Below are positions 56,772 to 64,000 of a stretch of 64,000 bases of DNA, one piece after another. A program made the position numbers and the translations under genes. The notes under the pieces were generated by a model. That model had not been told where the DNA came from and ran no database searches. It saw only the letters and a program-made list of their open reading frames with translations. Every line of letters starts with the position of its first letter. Position 1 is the stretch's first letter. Origin of the DNA: an uncultured Alphaproteobacteria bacterium (lineage in GTDB: Bacteria > Electryoneota > RPQS01); NCBI GenBank assembly GCA_964444755.1, contig CAYUIF010000006.1, forward strand, positions 30,735 through 94,734. Direction: 5' to 3'.

Positions 56772-58685
56772 ATGAGCACTTATTATATAACCACACCCAT
56801 CTATTACGTCAACGCTAATCCGCATATCGGAACCGCGTACACGACGATTCTGGCAGATACGATGGCGCGCTACCATCGGATGCTGGGTGATGATACCTTT
56901 TTCCTGACTGGCACCGATGAACACGGCGACAAAATCGCTCGTTCAGCCGCCGCCAAAGGAATCGAACCGCAGCAATTCGTGGATGAGATCAGCGGTAAGT
57001 TCAATGCGTTGTGGCCGAAGCTGCATGTATTCCCAAATCGTTTTATCCGTACCACAGATTCCGACCACAAGGCGTTGGTGCGCTCGATTCTGCAACGGAT
57101 TCACGATAGCGGCGATATCTATTTCGGCGAGTATGGCGGACATTATTGCACAGGCTGCGAACGTTTCCTGACCGAAAAAGAGCTCGTTGACGGGAAATGC
57201 CCGGATCATCAGACCGTCCCCGAATTCGTCCAAGAGAAGAATTATTTCTTCCGGATGAGTAAATATCAGGATTGGTTGATTGAATACATTCACAACAATC
57301 CCGATTTCATACGGCCGGAACGCTATCGCAATGAAGTGTTAGGATTTCTGCGCGAACCGCTGGAAGATCTTTGCATATCCCGTCCCCGCACCCGCCTGTC
57401 ATGGGGAATCGAAATACCATTTGATACGGACTTTGTGACCTATGTTTGGTTCGATGCGCTGTTGAATTATTTAACCGCAATTTCGTGGGGTACATCTGCG
57501 CAGGCGACCCGCTATTGGGCCTCAGCTGAGCACTTGATCGGCAAGGATATTCTTAAACCCCATGCGATTTATTGGCCGATCATGCTCAAAGCCGCCGGGA
57601 TCGAGCCGTATAGGCATTTGACCGTGCACGGTTATTGGAACTTTCGCGATTCGAAGATATCAAAATCTTCCGGAAAACCGGTGGATGTGCTGCCGTTGGT
57701 GGAGATTTTCGGCGCGGACGCCGTGCGCTATTTTTTGATGCGGGATATGGTTGTCGGGTTGGATGCCAAGTTTACGGCTGATCTGCTGGTGCAACGAATC
57801 AACAGCGATTTGGCGAACGATTTGGGAAATCTCCTTTCGCGCATTACCAAGCTGGTGCAGGATCATTTTTCGGGTCAGATTTCTGAACCACCGGTTACAG
57901 CTTGTGAGTTGAAAGATCAAGCCGGAACATTAGTATCACAGATTCCTGCATACTTAGCCGAGTGGAAGCTCCATACCTTGATCGAGGAAACGCTGCAGCT
58001 CGTGCGTTCGACCAACCGCTATTTCGAAACCTCCGCCCCGTGGTCGTTGGCAAAGACCGATAAACGCAAATGCGGAGAAGTCCTATATGAATGCGCGGAA
58101 GCTCTTCGCATTGCGGCGGTGATTCTCTATCCAGTGATGCCCTCGAAAATGGCGGAACTGCTTGCACGAATGGGCGAAGCAGTCGAGACTTTCCAATTGG
58201 CAAGCGCCGCGGCATGGGGACAGTTACGTGCTGGTACGCGACTGGAACCGGGTGCACCGCTGTTTCCACGCATTGACGAAACCGCCATGATGAAAACGCT
58301 GCCTCATCTGTTTACGGGTACATCAGCACCGCAAACCGCCAAACCTGCCGAAGCGACCGCCGACCTCATCGAATTTTCGGACTTTTCGAGAATCCAACTG
58401 CGAATTGCCGAAGTGCTGAAAGCCGAACGCATTCCCGAGACGGATAAATTGCTGCGGCTGCAAATTGACGTCGGCGGTACAAGCCGTCAGATCGTCGCCG
58501 GAATCGCTCAGCATTACCGACCGGAAGAACTCATCGGCAGAAAAATCGTAGTTGTTGCGAACTTGAAACCGGCCAAGCTGCGCGGTGAGCTTTCCGAAGG
58601 AATGCTCTTAGCCGCCAAGACCGACGGCAAGTTGGTACTGCTCACCGTTGACGGCGATGTCGTCTCCGGGGCTAATGTAAGCTGA
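56772..58685 (+). CDS. metG: methionine--tRNA ligase with C-terminal tRNA-binding (EMAP/Trbp111-like) domain
   Basis: Class I HIGH motif (NANPHIGTAYTT), KMSKS variant KISKSSGK, and a CxxC...CxxC zinc knuckle (CTGCERF...CPDH). The C-terminal ~100 aa resembles the OB-fold tRNA-binding domain. Confidence 0.95.
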   Translation: MSTYYITTPIYYVNANPHIGTAYTTILADTMARYHRMLGDDTFFLTGTDEHGDKIARSAAAKGIEPQQFVDEISGKFNALWPKLHVFPNRFIRTTDSDHKALVRSILQRIHDSGDIYFGEYGGHYCTGCERFLTEKELVDGKCPDHQTVPEFVQEKNYFFRMSKYQDWLIEYIHNNPDFIRPERYRNEVLGFLREPLEDLCISRPRTRLSWGIEIPFDTDFVTYVWFDALLNYLTAISWGTSAQATRYWASAEHLIGKDILKPHAIYWPIMLKAAGIEPYRHLTVHGYWNFRDSKISKSSGKPVDVLPLVEIFGADAVRYFLMRDMVVGLDAKFTADLLVQRINSDLANDLGNLLSRITKLVQDHFSGQISEPPVTACELKDQAGTLVSQIPAYLAEWKLHTLIEETLQLVRSTNRYFETSAPWSLAKTDKRKCGEVLYECAEALRIAAVILYPVMPSKMAELLARMGEAVETFQLASAAAWGQLRAGTRLEPGAPLFPRIDETAMMKTLPHLFTGTSAPQTAKPAEATADLIEFSDFSRIQLRIAEVLKAERIPETDKLLRLQIDVGGTSRQIVAGIAQHYRPEELIGRKIVVVANLKPAKLRGELSEGMLLAAKTDGKLVLLTVDGDVVSGANVS

Positions 58686-58705
58686 TTAGATCTCACCATA
58701 AATAG

Positions 58706-58737
58706 AAAAGGCGCGTCCGATCGGTCGCGCCTTTTTT
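58706..58737. terminator. bidirectional Rho-independent terminator between convergent metG and hybrid kinase gene
   Basis: AAAAG-GCGCGTCCGATCGGTCGCGC-CTTTTTTG. A near-perfect palindromic GC-rich stem is flanked by an A-tract and a T6 tract. Confidence 0.8.
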
Positions 58738-58751
58738 GTTATCAACGCATT

Positions 58752-60860
58752 TCAATTGCGCGGAAATGTCAGCGTGAAGCAAGCGCCTTTACCTTTTTCC
58801 GACTCAACGCTGATCTTACCGTTATGCAAATCCATGATATTCTTACTGAGATAAAGACCCAAACCGGTTCCCGACCCCGCCGGTTTGAAGGTGAAGAACG
58901 GTTCAAACAACTGCGGCAAATGTTCGGCGGCAATGCCGATTCCGTTATCACGGACGCTTATTTGCACCGAATTTTCAGAGACACGGGTTTTAATCGTGAG
59001 ATCGCCGCCATCGGGCATGGCATCCAGCGCATTGAGAATGAGATTGATGAGAACTTGCTGCACTTCCGGCGGCGAAGCCAATACCAACGGCAGGTTCTTG
59101 GCCAGATCCACAGCGACAGTCACATTTCGCTCGCGAATTTGCTGCCCCATCAACGCATTTACCTTCTGTACCAATTCATTCATTTGAACCGGCGCATGAG
59201 TTGCCGACGGACTGCGGTGAAGGTCAAGCAGGCTGCGTACGATATGTCGAATACGGTCTATCCCATCTTGCAGAAGTTCGACATTTTCGGAGATGTTTTC
59301 CTTCTTTTTCGCCCGCTCATCAATGGTCTTGATCTGCGATGAAAGCCCCTGCAACGGATTGTTGATCTCATGCGCGATTCCCGCCGCCAGCCGTCCCGTC
59401 GCCGCCAGCCGCTCCGATGCAACTAACTGCTGCAACAAGACGCGATGTTCGGTAATATCACGGATAATGCCCTGTGTTCCGGTGACGATGCCGCCTTGCC
59501 GAACGATTGTGCGGTTAATTTCGAGAGTGCGCTTATCTCCTTGCCGGGTGAGAACCTCCACGTGATGCAGCGTATGCTCGCCTGCGAGTTGCGCGAGCTC
59601 TTGTAAAGCGCGATGATTGATGGGATTTTCGGTCGTCAGTTCTTCCAGCAAGCGCTTTAGGGCGCGTCCGATATAGTTCTCACGGACATAACCAAGCGTC
59701 TTCGTAAATGCTTCGTTCAAGAACGTCAGTTTATCATTCTCATCCGTAACATAGACGATATCAGTCGTCGAATTCACCAACCGGCTAAAGCGTTCTTCGG
59801 ACAGCCGTAAATCACGCGTACGTTCGTGAACCCGCAATTCCAATTCGGCGGCACGCTTTTTCAGTTCATCCCGCAGCCGTTGCGCCTGCAAATGCAGCGC
59901 ACCATGCGTCAGCAGAACATCCAGAAGCTGCATAATCTCAGCTTTGGGGCGAGCTTCGTCCACGGGTGCTTCCAGCGACAGAAAACCGAAAACCGATCCA
60001 TCCTCGCGCATCACCGGAATGAACAACTGATCACCAGACCGCCACTGACCATCACCCGAATCCGCGGCCTTGGTACTTGAAGTTGTAGTGCGTACATATG
60101 TAGCCGGGCCGATATCGCTCGTCGTACGCTCGAACTCGAACGGACGCAGCGGACGACCGCGCATGTCCCGCAGCGACTCCCGAAGCGATGCGGGAATCTC
60201 ACCTTCCCGCCATACACCGATGTAACGGATCAGATATTTTTCGTCGGCCAGCAGCAATACTGCCTGACGAAACGCTCCCGCTTCAACCACAGCTTTGCAA
60301 ATGAAATCCAAGACCGCATCGGGATCCTGAATACGACCGATATGCAGGCTGACTTGAAATAGATGCGATAATACGCCTTGATAACGCTGAGTTTCGGCGG
60401 TGGTTTCGGTAACGCGGTTGGCCAGCGCGTAGTTCGCCTCTTCTAACCGCTGCGCATATTCGCGATTCTGGATTTCCAGCCGCTTCGCCTGCGTGGCGCG
60501 CTCGATCAGAACCCCGACTTCCTTCAGTGAAGAAAACGGTTTTTTCAGGAAAGCGAAAGCCTGATCAGAGAGTGCGGCAATGGCATCTTCCAAATCCGCT
60601 TGGCCGGACATGAGAATCTTCGCCATATCGGGATAGCGCTGATTTAACTCCTGTTGCAAGGCATGACCGTCAATCGCGCCCGGAAGCCGCAAATCCAACA
60701 GCGCCACATCCACCTGATCCAATGTTTTGAGGGCGAGCGCCTCTTCGGCCGATTCCGCGATAAACGAGCGCAAGCCGCGCTGCTCGAAATAGCTCTTCAG
60801 CAGTTCGCGAACATGGGGGTCGTCATCCACCACTAATACGGTAATCGGCTTTTCGTTCAA
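58752..60860 (-). CDS. hybrid sensor histidine kinase/response regulator (REC-GAF-PAS-HisKA-HATPase_c)
   Basis: N-terminal receiver (VLVVDDDPHVRELL...DVALLDLRLPG...KP). The central sensory domains resemble GAF and PAS folds. The H-box reads IAHEINNPLQGL. N, G1 (DNGIGI) and G2 (GTGLGL) boxes sit at the C-terminus. Confidence 0.85.
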   Translation of the reverse strand: MNEKPITVLVVDDDPHVRELLKSYFEQRGLRSFIAESAEEALALKTLDQVDVALLDLRLPGAIDGHALQQELNQRYPDMAKILMSGQADLEDAIAALSDQAFAFLKKPFSSLKEVGVLIERATQAKRLEIQNREYAQRLEEANYALANRVTETTAETQRYQGVLSHLFQVSLHIGRIQDPDAVLDFICKAVVEAGAFRQAVLLLADEKYLIRYIGVWREGEIPASLRESLRDMRGRPLRPFEFERTTSDIGPATYVRTTTSSTKAADSGDGQWRSGDQLFIPVMREDGSVFGFLSLEAPVDEARPKAEIMQLLDVLLTHGALHLQAQRLRDELKKRAAELELRVHERTRDLRLSEERFSRLVNSTTDIVYVTDENDKLTFLNEAFTKTLGYVRENYIGRALKRLLEELTTENPINHRALQELAQLAGEHTLHHVEVLTRQGDKRTLEINRTIVRQGGIVTGTQGIIRDITEHRVLLQQLVASERLAATGRLAAGIAHEINNPLQGLSSQIKTIDERAKKKENISENVELLQDGIDRIRHIVRSLLDLHRSPSATHAPVQMNELVQKVNALMGQQIRERNVTVAVDLAKNLPLVLASPPEVQQVLINLILNALDAMPDGGDLTIKTRVSENSVQISVRDNGIGIAAEHLPQLFEPFFTFKPAGSGTGLGLYLSKNIMDLHNGKISVESEKGKGACFTLTFPRN

Positions 60861-60864
60861 GCGA

Positions 60865-61905
60865 TCAAGCTTTCAAGTTCTTGATGATAATTTCTGCGGC
60901 CGGGCGAATCGACTTAGCCGGCACGTCAAGGTTTGTTACCAAACGGAATCGCTTCTCCCCTTCCGGGAAGAACAGCACTCCCTCCTGTGTGCATTTTTGA
61001 ACCAATTCGGGAGCCTTCAGCTGACTCTTAGTAATCGTGACCATTAAGATGTTCGTTTGAACCGGCATGTCCACCTGTACCAGTTCGCTGTCATTCAAAT
61101 AACCCGTAAGTTCCGCCGCATTGGCATGATCTTCGGCCAGACGTTCCCGATGATGATCTATCGCAAAGAGAGCGGCGGCGGCCAGAATTCCCATTTGCCG
61201 CATCCCGCCGCCGAATATCTTGCGAAATCGATGCGCGCGCTTAATGAATTCTTTCGATCCCGCTACCGCACTGCCAACGGGCGCGCCCAATCCTTTCGAG
61301 AAACACACTGAAACCGTATCCGCATGGACTGCAATATCGCGTTCCGTGCATTTACTTGCCACAGCGGCATTCCAAATCCGCGCTCCGTCCAAGTGCACCA
61401 AGATATTCCTGGAATGCGCGACGTCAGCGATGCGTTCCAGCTCGCGGAGTTCATACACGGCACCACCACCCCGATTGTGAGTATTTTCCACCGCAATAAC
61501 GGTGGTCGGAGCGACATGATCGCCCCCGCGATGGATGGCGGCGGACACCTGTTCCGCCTTGAGTAAGCCGCGCACACCAGGCAGCGAGCGGAGTTGAATC
61601 CCGGACAGCAAAGCGGGCGCGCCGCCTTCGTAGTTCAGGATGTGCGCATTTTCATCCAACAGAACTTCATCCCCCGGGCGCGTCAACGCCGCCAGCGAGA
61701 CCTGATTGCCCATGGTGCCGCTGGGTACGAAGAGCGCAGCTTCCTTACCCAGTAACTCCGCTACCCGCTCGTGCAGGCGATTGGCGGTCGGATCCTCACC
61801 AAATACATCATCACCCACCTCAGCATCCGCCATAGCTTTTCGCATAGCAGAAGTGGGTTTGGTGACCGTATCACTGCGGAGGTCAATAGGAAAAAAATTG
61901 CTCAT
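60865..61905 (-). CDS. ltaE: low-specificity L-threonine aldolase (PLP-dependent)
   Basis: [12 protein letters not shown]...[10 protein letters not shown]...SGTMGNQ fits the fold-type I PLP threonine aldolase family. A Lys-containing region sits near [12 protein letters not shown]. Confidence 0.85.
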   Translation of the reverse strand: MSNFFPIDLRSDTVTKPTSAMRKAMADAEVGDDVFGEDPTANRLHERVAELLGKEAALFVPSGTMGNQVSLAALTRPGDEVLLDENAHILNYEGGAPALLSGIQLRSLPGVRGLLKAEQVSAAIHRGGDHVAPTTVIAVENTHNRGGGAVYELRELERIADVAHSRNILVHLDGARIWNAAVASKCTERDIAVHADTVSVCFSKGLGAPVGSAVAGSKEFIKRAHRFRKIFGGGMRQMGILAAAALFAIDHHRERLAEDHANAAELTGYLNDSELVQVDMPVQTNILMVTITKSQLKAPELVQKCTQEGVLFFPEGEKRFRLVTNLDVPAKSIRPAAEIIIKNLKA

Positions 61906-61971
61906 GTTTCGTTAATTCCCAAAAGAATGCAAAAGCTAAGCCCGTTTTCAGGCATTATGCAGTCCATGTTG

Positions 61972-62012
61972 ATAACTGAAAACAGGGACCGACGTTATTT
62001 CGCGGTCCCTGT
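61972..62012 (-). terminator. Rho-independent terminator downstream of elbB-like gene (minus strand)
   Basis: Perfect 9-bp stem CAGGGACCG / CGGTCCCTG with an 11-nt loop. On the minus strand it is followed by UUUUCAG (plus strand CTGAAAA at 61974..61980). Confidence 0.7.
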
Positions 62013-62108
62013 GAATAAACTTGTGCCCAACGTTGTCATCAGCCGTTCAGCATGATCACAATGCCGTTCCATTCGATTTCCCCTTTAGGACGCTGTAGGG
62101 AATCGGTT

Positions 62109-62774
62109 TCATTCTTTCAACATTGCGATAATTTCGTTGACGAGCTTATCAATGCCCAGGGCGACGTCAGCGATATGCGTATTGTACATAAATGCCGGAG
62201 TGCTGACAATGAGGTTTTCTTTATCCACAACGCAATCCGTGACGGGGCATTCGATATGTTTTGAACCGAACTTGTCCACACTGGCAGAAGCTCCGGAGGC
62301 GGCACCGACCGTCAGTCGCGGATGCAGACTTTTCCCTTTCAACGCCCGTGCCAATACCACCGGTGCAATACAGATGACTCCAACCGGTTTGCGTGCTTCC
62401 ACCATTTTCACCATAAAAGACTTGACCATCGGATTGATCGAACAATCGTCACCTTTCACGGCGTAATCGCAGTAGTTCTTGGCCGCGCCGAAACCGCCGG
62501 GAAAGATCACCGCATCCAGCTTATTCACCCAGCTGTCGTCCAACGGTTGGATATTACCGCGCGCCAGCCGTGCCGCCTCGATCAGCACGCGACGGCTGTC
62601 ACCGGTCGGTTCTCCGGTCATATGATTGACCACGTGCAACTGCGGGACATCGGGCGCCAGACATTGAACGGGAATACCGGCGCGATCCAGGGCCAGCAGA
62701 GTAAGTACGGATTCGTAGATCTCCGCGCCGTCCAGATAGCCGCAACCGGCCAGCACGACACCGACGGTTTTCAT
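62109..62774 (-). CDS. elbB: DJ-1/PfpI-family protein, ElbB-like (glyoxalase III / isoprenoid biosynthesis protein ElbB)
   Basis: MKTVGVVLAGCGYLDGAEIYE N-terminus and a class I glutamine amidotransferase-like fold. A conserved Cys is in the ICIAP nucleophile-elbow context. Confidence 0.75.
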   Translation of the reverse strand: MKTVGVVLAGCGYLDGAEIYESVLTLLALDRAGIPVQCLAPDVPQLHVVNHMTGEPTGDSRRVLIEAARLARGNIQPLDDSWVNKLDAVIFPGGFGAAKNYCDYAVKGDDCSINPMVKSFMVKMVEARKPVGVICIAPVVLARALKGKSLHPRLTVGAASGASASVDKFGSKHIECPVTDCVVDKENLIVSTPAFMYNTHIADVALGIDKLVNEIIAMLKE

Positions 62775-62812
62775 GATCGCCTCCGAAAAACTTCCAACAT
62801 CTGCGATACGGA

Positions 62813-63733
62813 TTACAGCTTGGTCTCCGCGACGGTGGAGCGAACTTTATCTGCGGACTCGTTGAACATCCGCTTTTCCTCGTCATTGAGCGGAATCTCA
62901 AGAATCTTCTCGATACCGTTCTTGCCGATCACCGCGGGGACGCCCATATAGAGGTCCTTATGGCCGTATTCACCCTGCAGCCAAGCCGCGCATGGCAGGA
63001 CGCGCTTCTTGTCGAGTACGATGCTCTCAACCATTTCAACGGTGGCGGAAGCGGGAGCATACCAGGCCGAGGTACCCATAAGCTTCACGATTTCCGCGCC
63101 GCCGTTGCGGGTGCGATCTACCATCGCATCAATTCGTTCTTTGGAAACCAGACTGGTCAATGGAACACCGCCGACGGTGGTCATCCGGGACAGCGGAACC
63201 ATCGTATCGCCATGACCGCCCAGCACCATGGCTTGAATATCCTTCATGGACATACCGGTTTCCATGGCGATAAAGGCTCGGAACCGCGCCGTATCGAGGA
63301 TTCCCGCCATACCGAAGACACGATTGGGCTTGAAGCCGGAAATCTTCAGCGCGCCGTAGCACATGGCATCCAACGGATTGGAGACGACGATCATCAGCGC
63401 ATTGGGAGACAATTTTGCCGCCTGACCGACCGCATCCTTAACGATCGCGATGTTGACATTCAGCAAGTCTTCGCGGGACATTCCCGGCTTACGGGGTTTG
63501 CCGGCCGTCATCACGATAATATCCGAGCCTTTGGTGTCGGCGTAGTCGTTGGTTCCGATGATCCGCGTATCGTAGCCTTCGACGGCTCCCGACTGGTACA
63601 TGTCCAACGCTTTCCCTTGAGGAACACCCTCAAGAACGTCAATCAACGCGATTTCATTGACAATGCCCTTTTGAGCCAGAACGTAGGCAACGGTTGCGCC
63701 GACGTTTCCCGCTCCGATGACAGTGACTTTCAT
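62813..63733 (-). CDS. mdh: malate dehydrogenase (LDH-like, NAD-dependent)
   Basis: MKVTVIGAGNVGATVAYVLA Rossmann N-terminus. The substrate-binding Arg and catalytic His regions match (GMAGILDTARFRAF, MVLGGHGDTMVP). The 306-aa length fits LDH-like MDH. Confidence 0.9.
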   Translation of the reverse strand: MKVTVIGAGNVGATVAYVLAQKGIVNEIALIDVLEGVPQGKALDMYQSGAVEGYDTRIIGTNDYADTKGSDIIVMTAGKPRKPGMSREDLLNVNIAIVKDAVGQAAKLSPNALMIVVSNPLDAMCYGALKISGFKPNRVFGMAGILDTARFRAFIAMETGMSMKDIQAMVLGGHGDTMVPLSRMTTVGGVPLTSLVSKERIDAMVDRTRNGGAEIVKLMGTSAWYAPASATVEMVESIVLDKKRVLPCAAWLQGEYGHKDLYMGVPAVIGKNGIEKILEIPLNDEEKRMFNESADKVRSTVAETKL

Positions 63734-63912
63734 GGGATCCGCTCTCTGTTTTTAGAGTGATTGTTATTGTGACAAAGGGGGGTATTCGAGAGATCGTTCC
63801 GCGGGGAAACCCGTCCGGAACAAACAAAATGCGCGGTCTCATCAAACGGGACCGCGCAGAGGAAGCGGAAAAAAACGTCGCCGGACCTCGGCGGTACCGG
63901 ATCGAAAAAAGC

Positions 63913-64000
63913 TTAAACTTCGACGGGGAGAATATGCACGAATTTACGCGTTCCGGCTTCTTTCGTCACGAATTTGACGATGCCGGGAGTCAGCGCGAAT
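63913..64000 (-). CDS. 3' end of an unidentified gene continuing beyond the window edge
   Basis: The minus-strand frame reads ...FALTPGIVKFVTKEAGTRKFVHILPVEV then a stop (TAA at 63913..63915). Only 28 codons are visible, so I cannot assign a product. Confidence 0.25.
   Translation of the reverse strand, partial: FALTPGIVKFVTKEAGTRKFVHILPVEV

Noticed and set aside
63654-63845. 63-aa minus-strand ORF spanning the mdh start region.
   Set aside because: It overlaps the mdh start and promoter, is Arg/Cys-rich, and lacks an RBS. Likely spurious.
1-64000. Looked for tRNA/tmRNA/rRNA genes, transposases, integrases, phage genes, toxin-antitoxin pairs and restriction-modification or other defence genes in intergenic gaps and on both strands.
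   Set aside because: None found. All intergenic gaps are short promoter or terminator regions, and every large ORF has a housekeeping or envelope-related assignment.

Overview
This 64 kb window is a densely coding chromosomal segment from a high-GC bacterium. The organism is probably a diderm of the FCB superphylum, because a giant subtilisin carries a T9SS-type C-terminal sorting domain and the window also holds Mla genes, TolB-like propellers and an Omp85-like barrel. All genes look chromosomal and housekeeping. I found no CRISPR array, tRNA or rRNA gene, transposase, integrase or phage gene.

Gene content from 5' to 3':
- 317..5637: an osmoprotection locus with three trehalose-synthesis genes (treT-like, otsB, otsA), an unknown upstream gene and an MscS-family channel, preceded by a 300 nt AT-rich region.
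- 5709..8190 (- strand): an S9 peptidase and coaE.
- 8187..12479 (- strand): a 1430 aa secreted S8 protease with a T9SS sorting tail.
- 12492..16149 (- strand): a translationally coupled hsp20-lon-comF operon.
- 16289..18853: a secreted EEP-fold nuclease/phosphatase-like protein containing two tandem ~97 aa repeats.
- 18970..19137: a 55 aa tatA gene that the ORF track missed.
- 19282..19848: an atypical response regulator with an N-terminal MerR-like HTH and a C-terminal receiver domain.
- 20058..24720: a 1030 aa protein (HExxH, PD40 propeller, Omp85-like barrel) followed by mlaE and mlaF, with no mlaD nearby.
- 24792..28142 (- strand): membrane-fusion protein, FtsX-like permease and a propeller lipoprotein, with no ATPase gene.
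- 28420..45900: a complete dcw cluster (mraZ, STAS-like ORF, rsmH, ftsL, ftsI, murE, murF, mraY, murD, ftsW, murG, murC, murB, ftsQ, ftsA, ftsZ) that lacks ddl.
- 45945..64000: M42 peptidase, a phosphatase-like lipoprotein, pyrR-pyrB-pyrC, a DUF59 gene plus mrp, rlmH, an EnvC-like M23 peptidase, holB, a PSP1/RicT-like gene, metG, a hybrid histidine kinase, ltaE, elbB and mdh.

Points worth a second look: the STAS-domain ORF and internal terminator hairpin between mraZ and rsmH; rsmH's conserved N-terminal motif lying upstream of any canonical start codon; a PASTA domain on FtsI; the barrel-propeller protein co-operonic with mlaEF; two trehalose routes next to MscS; and a metallophosphatase-like lipoprotein with every metal ligand replaced.
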